This document shows positions 55,347 to 64,000 of a stretch of DNA of 64,000 nt, one piece after another (positions within the stretch are counted from its first letter, which is position 1; every line of letters starts with the position of its first letter). The notes under the pieces were generated by a model. It was given only the letters and a program-made list of their open reading frames with translations. It ran no database searches and was not told the DNA's origin. The stretch comes from Terriglobia bacterium (GTDB taxonomy: Bacteria; Acidobacteriota; Terriglobia; JAJPHL01; JAPKYU01). Where the stretch lies: contig CBDCVK010000010.1 of the NCBI GenBank assembly GCA_965223005.1, positions 928,001-992,000 on the forward strand, in the 5' to 3' direction. The translations under genes were made by a program, and so were the position numbers.

Positions 55347-55730
55347 TCAGCGGGCCAGGCGGGAGGCCCGAGCAACATCGGAAACGCACAACACAGTGTT
55401 CACCTTCCTACCGGTTCCGCCGCTGGCGTAGGCGTAATCAATATTGATGCCGGCGACGGCCAACTTCTCGGCGACTGCGGCCAACGCCCCAGGTTTGTCC
55501 GGCAATGCGACCACCAGCACGTCCTCTTCCGTGGGGTCCAAGCCCTGGGCCTGCAAAGCCTTCTTGGCGCGGACAGGGCTATTCACCAGCAGGCGGATCG
55601 GACTTCGGTCACCGCTTCCCACACAGATCAGCCCCGTGATGTTCACCTTGCTGTCGGCCAGCGTGCGGACCACATGGGCCAATGTCCCAACAGCGTCCGG
55701 CACATAAACGGTCAGTTGCTTGGCTTTCAT
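55347..55730 (-). CDS. Tandem ACT-domain protein
   Basis: QLTVYVPDAVGTLA..VNI; LPDKPGALA..GINIDYAY; ATG at 55730. Confidence 0.9.
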   Translation of the reverse strand: MKAKQLTVYVPDAVGTLAHVVRTLADSKVNITGLICVGSGDRSPIRLLVNSPVRAKKALQAQGLDPTEEDVLVVALPDKPGALAAVAEKLAVAGINIDYAYASGGTGRKVNTVLCVSDVARASRLAR

Positions 55731-55949
55731 AGTAGCCCGAGAGTAGCACAAAGTCTGGCTGAGCAGGGATGGGTCAAGCCAATGCTTGCCCGGTTGGCGA
55801 GGCCGTTGCAGGGGCTCGGCAGCTTCACCCAAGATGCCACTTCGGGTCAGGGCGGCTCCTGAACACCATCACCTGGCCCAACTCCACGCAGGAGAACCAG
55901 CAGGCTGCTGAGACCGGCACAAACTAAGAATCTTTGCGGCTGCGCGCAT

Positions 55950-56861
55950 TCAAAAGCTGGTCAGGGCTTTGGCTTTCTCGCGGACTTGCTGTGCCCGAGC
56001 CGGTTTGCCGGCGCGGGCGAAGGCATCGGCCAGCGTCTTCAAGATGTCGGCGTTCTTCCACCCGGTGGCCTCTGCGGCCGCCGTGGCCAGCTCGACCGCG
56101 CGTTGTGGGTTTGCCAGGAGGGGGTCGGTGACGGTCAGAAACAGGCGTGCCAGGTTGTACTGTGCCATCAGCAGGTTGGGAGCTGCTTCCAGCGCTTTTT
56201 CGTAGGCGGCGATGGCCTCTGCCGGTCGTCCCATCTGTTCCCAAGTTTGGGCTTTGCCCAGCAGGCCCTCAGGATGGTTCGGCTTGAGGACGAGGGCCTG
56301 CGCGTACTGGGCGAGCGCCTCATCCCAGTCTTCAGCGCGGCGGCGGGCGTCAGCCAGGGAAAGCCGCGCGTTCCAGTCCCGGGGCGCCACCTCGACGGCT
56401 TTTGAAAAGGCGGCAATGGCCCTCGGATAATCTTTCTTTTTCATAGCCACGGCGCCCAGAGCCAAGTGGGGCTGGGGTACCCAACGGTTCTTTTCCACCG
56501 CACGGTGCGCCTGCTGTTCAGCTTCGGCCAGCCGTCCCTGCCGCAGGTAGAGCCGGGCCAGAGACACTTCCAGCAGCGAATCAGGGGCCAGAAGGCCCAT
56601 CTTCTTGTATTCGGCTTCGGCTGCCTCGAGGTCACCGGCAGCCTCGTAGGCCAGTGCCAGCGCGTAGTGGGCTTCGGCGCTGGTCGGGTCAGCCTCCACG
56701 GCCTCTTTGGCCAGTGCCAGGGCCTGCTGCCATTCCCCTTGGCCAATCAGACGCCCGGCCTCAACTGCTTTCTTGTGCGCCTGGACAGAATCGAGCGGGG
56801 GCGCAGTGTCTTGGAGCAAAAAAAGGCTCAGCAGCAGCGGAATGAGAAGCGACAGACCCAT
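55950..56861 (-). CDS. Exported tetratricopeptide repeat protein
   Basis: Signal peptide; repeated A-H-x-x-L-A/G..A..Y..A..P TPR units. Confidence 0.9.
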   Translation of the reverse strand: MGLSLLIPLLLSLFLLQDTAPPLDSVQAHKKAVEAGRLIGQGEWQQALALAKEAVEADPTSAEAHYALALAYEAAGDLEAAEAEYKKMGLLAPDSLLEVSLARLYLRQGRLAEAEQQAHRAVEKNRWVPQPHLALGAVAMKKKDYPRAIAAFSKAVEVAPRDWNARLSLADARRRAEDWDEALAQYAQALVLKPNHPEGLLGKAQTWEQMGRPAEAIAAYEKALEAAPNLLMAQYNLARLFLTVTDPLLANPQRAVELATAAAEATGWKNADILKTLADAFARAGKPARAQQVREKAKALTSF

Positions 56862-56879
56862 CGTTGTCTCTCATCATAC

Positions 56880-56960
56880 CCGACAAGGAGACCCGAAGGC
56901 CTGACAAGGAGATCCTAGGGCCTGACAAGGAGACCCGAAGGCCTGACAAGGAGATCCGAA
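56880..56960 (+). repeat. 21-bp tandem repeat, about 4 copies
   Basis: CTGACAAGGAGACCCGAAGGC alternating with CTGACAAGGAGATCC variants, with no spacers. Confidence 0.9.
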
Positions 56961-57010
56961 TGCTGCGTGCGTCGAATGAGTACTTAGGTGGTTGACCTGA
57001 GACCCGCCAG

Positions 57011-58162
57011 TTACCGCTCTGGCTGCCCGCTTTGCGCTTTGGCCTGCTGTAGCTCCGCGATTCCAGCCCGGACTTGATCGGCGTTGGGCGCCTTGGGGCT
57101 CTCTTGCAAAAAGGTGCGTAGTTGCTTTTCCGCTTCCTCCAGCTTTCCTTTCTGCCAGTAGATTTGGGCTAGCAACAGGTGGATCTGAGGCACCTGGCGG
57201 TGCTCATGCCGGTCCGCTTGCAGAGCGCTCTTTTCGGCCTCCTCCACACGGCCCAGCGACAGGTTGGCGTAGGAGCGGAAGAAATGCCCCGGGCCCAGGG
57301 TGGGATAGAGCTGCAAGATCTTGCCCGACGTTTCCAGCAACCGCTGAGGCTCAGGGATTTGCATCCAAGCCAAGTTAACGTAAGCGCTCACCCAGTTGGG
57401 GTCGGCGGCAATGGCGTGCTCGAAGGCTTTGAGCGCCTCCGTCTTCTGTTTTTTCCGTATGTAAATCGCTCCCATCTCGTTGAAGGCTTCCGCGTATTCA
57501 GGATAAATCTCGGTGGCTTTCTGAAGCCGCCGGAGAGCCTCGTCGTACTTCTTCTTTCGGCCAGCCTTTCGAGCTTTGTTAAATTCCTTCCTGGCTTTCT
57601 TGGGAACTTTGAGGCTAGCCAGGCTGACGATGGTCCCGCTCCCGGTCGTTTCGCTGTCCGCAAATAGCCCTCTTCGGACGCCACGTTCCTGGATGATGAT
57701 TGTGGCAGGGACGTTACCGAAGAAATCCACATCTTCTACATATTCCCACCCGTTGCCCAGATGCACGTGGACCTCATACCGGCGCCCGGACTGCTGCTGC
57801 TGTTGCTGCTGAAACCGGAAGGTGCCATCCGATTGGGTTACGGTGCTGTCCACGCGCATCATGTCCCGGTAAAGATCCACGCGCATGTGCAAAAGTGGAG
57901 GATCCACGATTCTGCCGGAGATGCCGCCTCCGAAGCGGCCAAACGGGTCGCGTCCGAAGGGGTCTTGCCCGGGGGGCCCGGGCCGCTCTATTCCCGGCTG
58001 CGGCCTGCCGGGCTGTGGCTCCCTTCCGGGGGAGGGTTGGGAAGGGCGCGTCGGTGGCGTCTGCCCCTGTCCTGGGGTCGGCTGCTGGGCCCAGAGCACA
58101 GAAACAGAAAGTAGCAATACTAAACCCAGGTTTCGAGCCAGAACTACGTTTCGGATTCCCAT
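57011..58162 (-). CDS. Exported protein with Pro/Gln-rich linker, beta-sandwich and TPR domains
   Basis: Signal peptide, GGISGRIV..DGTFRF, VSLASLKVPKKARKEF, TPR units; ATG at 58162. Confidence 0.85.
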   Translation of the reverse strand: MGIRNVVLARNLGLVLLLSVSVLWAQQPTPGQGQTPPTRPSQPSPGREPQPGRPQPGIERPGPPGQDPFGRDPFGRFGGGISGRIVDPPLLHMRVDLYRDMMRVDSTVTQSDGTFRFQQQQQQQSGRRYEVHVHLGNGWEYVEDVDFFGNVPATIIIQERGVRRGLFADSETTGSGTIVSLASLKVPKKARKEFNKARKAGRKKKYDEALRRLQKATEIYPEYAEAFNEMGAIYIRKKQKTEALKAFEHAIAADPNWVSAYVNLAWMQIPEPQRLLETSGKILQLYPTLGPGHFFRSYANLSLGRVEEAEKSALQADRHEHRQVPQIHLLLAQIYWQKGKLEEAEKQLRTFLQESPKAPNADQVRAGIAELQQAKAQSGQPER

Positions 58163-58257
58163 AAGAAACCTCGCCGTTGGGGGGGGGCTGCTGAGCCACA
58201 GCATACGCCCTCTTCCCTCGTGCGGCAACATCGGAATGCCCCAGTCCTCAGTCTCGG

Positions 58258-58938
58258 CTAGTGTGGAGCCGACTTGAAGATCAAGATGTACTGGTTGGGT
58301 AGTACCGTCGGCGAGGCTTCAAGCTTCCAGCCGAAACGCTGGACCTCCTTCACCACTCCATCCCGGTCCAGGCGGACGTGGTCTCGCATCTCGTCCCGCT
58401 TGAAGAAATCCACAATGGCAATGCGCCCCTCGGATTTGAGCGCCCTTCGCAGGTGGTCCAACATGGCTTTGGGAAATGCGAAGTGGTGATAGCAATCCAG
58501 CATCACTGCCAGATCCATCTCGCCGGGGGGCAAGCGCGGGTTCAGCTCGTCGCCCAGAAGCAACAGGACGTTCTCCAGTCCGAATGTCTGGACCTTTTCG
58601 CGAGCACGTTCCAGGAAATCCGGGTAGATGTCTTCGGCGTAGACCAGCCCGCCGGGGTCCACCGCCTTACTCAGGTAGGGCAGTAGAACTCCGGCGCCGG
58701 TGCCGATGTCGGCGACGCGGTCGCCCGGCTGGACGTCAAGTGCAGCGATCAGTTCGCGCGGCTTCAACCGCTCGATTCGATCTGGATTTTCCAGGTACGC
58801 GACGACCCCGGCGCGCTGCTCCGGCGTGTGGTAATGCTCGTTGGGGACCTGGACTGGTTCCGGCTTCTGTCCCCAGCCGGCACCGCCGAGCAACATCAGG
58901 GAAACAGCGAAAATTCTGGGGACGCAGCGATTCCTCAT
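58258..58938 (-). CDS. Class I SAM-dependent methyltransferase with signal peptide
   Basis: VADIGTGAG, VYAEDI, DCYHH, ALKSEGRIAIVDF; ATG at 58938. Confidence 0.9.
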   Translation of the reverse strand: MRNRCVPRIFAVSLMLLGGAGWGQKPEPVQVPNEHYHTPEQRAGVVAYLENPDRIERLKPRELIAALDVQPGDRVADIGTGAGVLLPYLSKAVDPGGLVYAEDIYPDFLERAREKVQTFGLENVLLLLGDELNPRLPPGEMDLAVMLDCYHHFAFPKAMLDHLRRALKSEGRIAIVDFFKRDEMRDHVRLDRDGVVKEVQRFGWKLEASPTVLPNQYILIFKSAPH

Positions 58939-59120
58939 ATGGAGAAACTCCGCCAGACTAGCTGATCCGCAGCAGGTTACAACGATCCGGCAGCAGGTTA
59001 CAACAAGGCACACTTGGGAGCCGATTCCCGGCGCGGAAGCTGTTTGCTAGTTTGGCGAGTGCCTTCGGAACCGGCGATGTGCCGGTCTGGGAAAGGGCCT
59101 TATTCGTATAAGCTAGCTTC

Positions 59121-60449
59121 GTGGAACCCGGCGCGCGAACTACGCTGGATCGCCGTCTTGGACCGCTCACCGCTACGTCCGTAGTGGTGGCCAACATGAT
59201 TGGAGCGGGCATATTCACCACCTCAGGCTTTATTGCCCGGGATCTGGCCGATCCGGTGGCCCTGCTGACAGTCTGGCTGGTCGGAGGCATGCTCGCGCTG
59301 GCCGGGGCGCTCTCCTATAGCGAATTGGGAGCGGCTATGCCAGAGGCGGGTGGCGAGTACGTCTACCTGCGTGAAGCCTACGGACCGCTGGTCGGGTTTC
59401 TGAGCGGATGGGTCTCATTTTTCATCGCGTTCACTGGTGGCATCGCGGCGCTGTCCCTGGCGTTTGCGCAGTACGCGGCGCACTTTTTCCCTGCCGTGAG
59501 ACCCCCGCGGGCGGCAGGGATCGCCCTGGCCATTGCGTTAGTCTGGGGACTGACCGCGGTCCATTCGCTGGGCGTGGGACCGGGCGGTCTGTTCCAACGG
59601 ATCATCACTGCTGCCAATGTGTCAGCCATTCTGGTCTTGGTCGTGGCTGGCTTCTGGCTGGGAACCGGCGACATAGCCCATTTTCGCCCCGTCGAACCGG
59701 CGATATGGAGTAATTTTCCGGTCGCGCTCGTCTTTGTAATGTTTGCCTATAGCGGGTGGAATGCCGCGGCCTACCTCGCGGGGGAAATCCCAGAGCCGGG
59801 CCGCAACCTGCCTCTAGCTCTGCTGGGAGGGACGATGCTGGTCACCGGTCTCTACCTGGCACTGAACACTTTCTATCTGTATGCGCTGCCGATCCCGGAG
59901 ATGGCCGGTGTGGAGGCCATCGCCGAGAAGGCCAGCGTGGCCGCTTTCGGGCCGGTGGCCACGCATCTGGTGACGGCGACGCTGCTGCTGGCGTTGGCCG
60001 GTTCCGCCAGTGCCATGGTCCTGGCTGGGCCGCGCGTCTATTTTGCCATGGGGCGCGATGGCGTCTTCCCCCGGGCGATTGCCACCGTGCACCCCCGTTT
60101 CCATACCCCGGCGCGGGCTATCTTCCTGCAGAGCGCTTGGAGTTCAGTATTGATCTATTTCTGGGGAAGCTTCGAACGGCTGATCGTCTACACTGGCTTC
60201 ACCCTGGTGGTGTTCTCAGCGCTTGCGGTGCTGGCCGTGCCAGTGTTGCGCCTTCGCCGTCCCGATTTACCCCGCCCCTATCGCGTTCCTGGCTATCCCG
60301 CGGTGCCCGTATTGTTTGTGCTGGTGTCGGGATGGATCGCCGTCTTCACCCTGTACGGGCGTCCCCGGGAATCCTTGCTAGGGCTGCTGACCGTGGCCGC
60401 CGGGGTGCCGTTCTACCTGCTGTTCCGCCGGTCGCGCCGGCGCGGTTAA
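59121..60449 (+). CDS. Amino acid permease (APC family)
   Basis: MIGAGIF, ELGAAMPEAGGEYVYL, FAYSGWN, RPYRVPGYP; many TM helices. Confidence 0.94.
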   Translation: MEPGARTTLDRRLGPLTATSVVVANMIGAGIFTTSGFIARDLADPVALLTVWLVGGMLALAGALSYSELGAAMPEAGGEYVYLREAYGPLVGFLSGWVSFFIAFTGGIAALSLAFAQYAAHFFPAVRPPRAAGIALAIALVWGLTAVHSLGVGPGGLFQRIITAANVSAILVLVVAGFWLGTGDIAHFRPVEPAIWSNFPVALVFVMFAYSGWNAAAYLAGEIPEPGRNLPLALLGGTMLVTGLYLALNTFYLYALPIPEMAGVEAIAEKASVAAFGPVATHLVTATLLLALAGSASAMVLAGPRVYFAMGRDGVFPRAIATVHPRFHTPARAIFLQSAWSSVLIYFWGSFERLIVYTGFTLVVFSALAVLAVPVLRLRRPDLPRPYRVPGYPAVPVLFVLVSGWIAVFTLYGRPRESLLGLLTVAAGVPFYLLFRRSRRRG

Positions 60450-60588
60450 TCCTTCATTTTTGTATTATGAGGACCGGCTGGGCCGCTGCGGCCGGTCGTT
60501 CCTCGACGAATTTTTCCACCGGATCGCCGGCAGGTGCCAGCGAGTGCGGCTCTAGGCCAAGCCAAGGATGGTGAAGTAGAATGGCGCC

Positions 60589-61332
60589 ATGGCTGCCGCG
60601 AAACACTTGCGTGCCCAGATCGTTTCCCGCCAGGACTACGCTCCCGATTTGTGGAGCATCCGCATCGCGCCGGAACAGCCCCTTTCGTTCAAGCCCGGCC
60701 AGTACGCCACTCTGGGCGTGCCAAAGGCCGGCAAGGTCATTGAGCGGCCCTATTCGATCGTCTCCAGCCCGGCCGAACCGGAAGTGGAGTTCTTTTTCGA
60801 GCTGGTACCGGAGGGAGCGCTGACCCCGCTCCTGTACCCGCTCGGAACCGGCGCCGAGCTGCTGGTGCGCCCGGCCTGCAAGGGCTTGTTCACGCTGGAC
60901 CGCAAAAGCGGCCGCACCCGGCACCTGATGGTGGCCACTGTGACCGGCGTGGCCCCTTTCGTCAGCATGGTCCGCACCATGGTCCACCAGCCGGAAGAGG
61001 GCCACCAACTGTTCGTCCTGGAGGGTGCCAGCCGCTCTTGGGAATTCGCTTACGCCCACGAACTGGAGGAGACCGCCCGCAACCACCCGTGGCTGAAATT
61101 TGTTCCCACCGTCAGCCGTAGCTGGGAAGATCCCGAGTGGCGGGGCGAGCGCGGGCGCGTAGACGACGTGCTGCGCAAGTATACCGACCAGCTGGGTCTC
61201 ACCCCTGAAACCACTACCGCCTACCTGTGCGGGCACCCGACGATGATCGCGAACGCCCACGGCATGCTCCGCCGTGCCGGGTTTCCCAAGGAGTCCGTCA
61301 AGGAAGAAGTCTACTTTGTGCTGAAGACTTAG
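60589..61332 (+). CDS. fpr: Ferredoxin/flavodoxin-NADP+ reductase
   Basis: FKPGQY, RPYSIVS, GALTP, TVTGVAPFVS, YLCGHP, EVYF. Confidence 0.9.
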   Translation: MAAAKHLRAQIVSRQDYAPDLWSIRIAPEQPLSFKPGQYATLGVPKAGKVIERPYSIVSSPAEPEVEFFFELVPEGALTPLLYPLGTGAELLVRPACKGLFTLDRKSGRTRHLMVATVTGVAPFVSMVRTMVHQPEEGHQLFVLEGASRSWEFAYAHELEETARNHPWLKFVPTVSRSWEDPEWRGERGRVDDVLRKYTDQLGLTPETTTAYLCGHPTMIANAHGMLRRAGFPKESVKEEVYFVLKT

Positions 61333-61481
61333 GGTGACTGTCGGGCCGTGGGTCCGATACGCCTTGCGGCAGATGCTTTCCGCCGCAAGTGCCAAGTGGG
61401 CCGGGTCTGGCAGTTGCAAACCCAGTAGGCAATCAGGTAACATCGGCTTGCAACTCTTTGCATTCCGCGGGGTTCGAAGTC

Positions 61482-63485
61482 ATGTCCACCCAAGCTGCTC
61501 CACGGCCCGGACTGGGAGAAAAAGTACTTCTGGTGACCCAGGACGAGGGGTTGGAGCAATTGCGTCAGTGGCTGCCCGGCGCGCGAGCGGTGAAAGAGGT
61601 CTCGATCCTTGGCCTGCAGCCGCCGACCGTCATTATCTCCGACACGCCGGCAGTGTTTTCGACCGAACTGCGCGAGGCGGTGCTAGAGGAGCAGGCGCGG
61701 CTGGTTTACGTGCTGGAAGGAGACGGCACCCTGCCCGCCGAATCTACGGGCTTCCCAATCTATTTCTTCCTGACCCGGCCGTTTCACCAGGGCGTGCTGG
61801 AAAGCACGGTGCGCGGCGCGTTGGAGAATCTGCGCCTGGCGTCGGCCAATCGCGAGCTAACGGAGTCGCTCAAGCGGGCTCACGATGAAATTGACGACTT
61901 AAACAAGATCGGCATTGCCCTTTCGGGCGAGCGCGATGTGCAACCCTTGCTGGAGCTGATCCTGGGCAAGAGCCGCGAGATCACTGGCAGCGACGCCGGT
62001 TCCCTCTACCTGGTGGAAGAGAACGAGGCTACGGGAGAAAAGGTGCTGCGCTTCACGCTGACCCAGAATGAGAGCGTGCAGGTCCCGTTCAATCAGTTCA
62101 CCATCCCCATTGATACCAGCCGGATCGCTCCCTATGTGGCGCTCAAAGGGGAGACGCTGGCTCTCATTGACGCCTACTACCTGCCGCCGGGCATGCCGTT
62201 CGGCTTCAACCGCGACTTTGACGCTCAGATCGGCTACCGCACGAAGTCCATGCTGACGGTGCCCATGAAAAACCCCGAGGGCGAAGTGGTAGGCGTCCTG
62301 CAACTGATCAATTGCAAGAGGGACCCCTAGGCCAAGGTCACCCCGGAGAACGCTGACCTGCTGGTGATGCCCTACCCGGGGCGAGTGCAGCAGTTGGTGG
62401 AATCCCTGGCCAGCCAGGCAGCGGTGGCCCTGGAAAATGCCCGGCTTTACGAGAGCATTCACGGCTTTGCTCTTCACTTGCCCCGCCTGAAAAAGAGGCC
62501 GGCCCAAAGGCCGGTTTAGAATCTGTTCGAGGGGATGGTGAAGGCTTCGGTGGTCGCCATCGAATCACGCGACCCCACTACCTTCGGCCACTCGTTCCGC
62601 GTCGAGAAGCTCACCAGCGCGCTGGCCGAGGCGGTGGACCGCGTGGACGACGGTCTTTATCGCAACGTCAGCTTCACTCCCGACCAGATGCGTGAGCTCC
62701 GCTACGCCGCGGTGCTGCACGACTTCGGCAAGGTTGGGGTGCGCGAGGAGGTGCTGGTCAAAGCCAAAAAGCTGTATCCGGCGCAGCTAGAAGTTGTGCG
62801 GGAACGGTTCAACTATGTTCGCAAGTCCATCAGAGAAGAGCACGCCGGCCACCGGCTCCAGTACCTGCTAGAAAAGGGCCGCGACGAATACCTGAAGAAG
62901 CTACCGGAATTCGACGCCGAGCTGGCCGAACGCGTGAAGGAGATGGACGGATTTTTCGAGTTCCTGTTGCAGTGCAACGAACCAACCGTGCTTCCCGAAG
63001 GCAACTTCGAACGGCTGGCCGACCTGGCCTCCCGGCGCTTCCTGGACGATTGGGCCGGCGAGGAGCGCGCCCTGCTGCAGCCCGGCGAGGTACGGCTGCT
63101 CTCCATCCCCAAGGGCAGTCTGGACGCGGCCGAGCGCGACGAGATCCAATCCCACGTTAAGCACACCGTCAATTTCCTCAACGAGATTCCGTGGACCAAA
63201 GAGATTCGCAACATCCCGTTGATCGCCCAAGCCCACCATGAGAAGCTGAACGGCAGCGGGTATCCGCGCAAGATCACCGCTCCGGACATCCCCATCCAGT
63301 CGAAAATGATGACCATCTCGGACATCTACGACGCGCTGTCGGCTTCGGACCGACCCTATAAGAAGGCGGTGCCGGTCGAGAAGGCTCTCAAAATCATCGG
63401 ATTCGAGGTCAAAGACAAGATGTTGGACGAGGAGCTGTTCCGCATCTTCCGCGAGAAGGAACTCTGGCGGCTGACGGTCAAGTAG
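61482..63485 (+). pseudogene. GAF + HD-GYP phosphodiesterase interrupted by two in-frame TAGs and a 57-bp insertion
   Basis: One reading frame: GAF (DAGSLY..GYRTKSML..GVLQLIN), TAG at 62328, SQAAVALENARLYESI, insert 62461-62517, TAG at 62517, then NLFEGMV..LHDFGK..HHEKLNGSGYP..DRPYK. Confidence 0.85.
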
Positions 63486-63553
63486 CGCGCTCGGCGCTTC
63501 CCAATCAAACCGGACAGTGTACAATGGGAGCCCCAGTAGCAGGAGGTGGCCCG

Positions 63554-63701
63554 ATGCTTTCCACCCGGCGGAACAGCATTGGAAATTTACGGCGAGCAGG
63601 AGCTCGTCAACAAGGTGGACCAGTTCTTCAACGACGCCATCTACTACACAGCGGTGGGGTACGAACGCGCCCTGGGGGTCCGTCGGGAGCGCACGGCCTA
63701 G
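63554..63701 (+). pseudogene. Internally deleted remnant of a small helical hypothetical protein
   Basis: AGGAGG RBS and MLSTR joined out of frame to ALEIYGEQELVNKVDQFFNDAIYYTAVGYE..*. Confidence 0.55.
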
Positions 63702-63826
63702 CGGTTTGCCGAGAGAGACCCCGATCACGCGCGGCTGCGGCAACCGCAACAAAGCCAGCTACGACAACTGTCAGTGAGTGGGAACAGCCCGACTCCTTCC
63801 GCAACCGCCAGGCCTTTTCGATTGTG

Positions 63827-64000
63827 TTAGCCGGTGGGGATTTCCTCGGCCGCTTCGGTGGTTTCCGCCCGGATCAGACGCGCGAGCGTTTGCACAACCA
63901 TAGGGTCAAACTGAACGCCGGAGAAGCGCTCCAGCTCCTCAAGCGCTTCGTTGAGACTGCGAGTGCGGCGATACGGGCGCTCCGAGGTGAGGGCATCGAA
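63827..64000 (-). CDS. HD-GYP domain protein, C-terminal end (partial)
   Basis: FDALTSERPYRR..ALEELERFSGVQFDP..*. Confidence 0.88.
   Translation of the reverse strand, partial: FDALTSERPYRRTRSLNEALEELERFSGVQFDPMVVQTLARLIRAETTEAAEEIPTG

Noticed and set aside
56880-56960. Possible mini-CRISPR array
   Set aside because: Units are directly adjacent with no unique spacers, and there are no cas genes in the window
62328-62519. TAG recoding (pyrrolysine or a Gln-reassigned code) for the two in-frame ambers
   Set aside because: Many intact genes here end in TAG (e.g. hslU, fpr, GT4), the second TAG is explained by an insertion junction, and no pyl genes are visible

Overview
GC-rich bacterial chromosomal segment, most likely Acidobacteriota (Bryobacterales/Solibacter-like). 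That assignment is inferred from four large exported proteins carrying the Solibacter-type C-terminal domain (TIGR03437-like) and from typical acidobacterial hypothetical proteins. Housekeeping genes include argC-argB (with a tandem ARG box), queF, lhr, yebC-ruvC, hslVU, hppA, a sigma54 NtrC-type regulator, mlaF, groES-groEL (with a CIRCE-like site), rsmD, recG and fpr. These alternate with accessory surface-protein and catabolic genes. Main points missed by the ORF track: (1) an AhpD-like selenoprotein (CxxU, in-frame UGA plus SECIS-like hairpin) directly upstream of lhr; (2) a large surface-protein gene frameshifted by a 182-bp duplication in which one copy carries an in-frame IS5 fragment, so either of two repeat-mediated deletions restores the frame; (3) a TIGR03437-like domain split by inserted ~85-aa repeat modules; (4) a promoter-driven, strongly structured ~290-nt leader before yebC; (5) a tRNA 3'-half remnant; (6) IS5-end/REP miniature elements sitting on stop codons; (7) several short tandem duplications and internally deleted or interrupted genes, which may be real decay or amplification/assembly artefacts. 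No rRNA, intact tRNA, CRISPR array or intact transposase was seen. All family assignments come from motif recognition by eye; no database searches were run.
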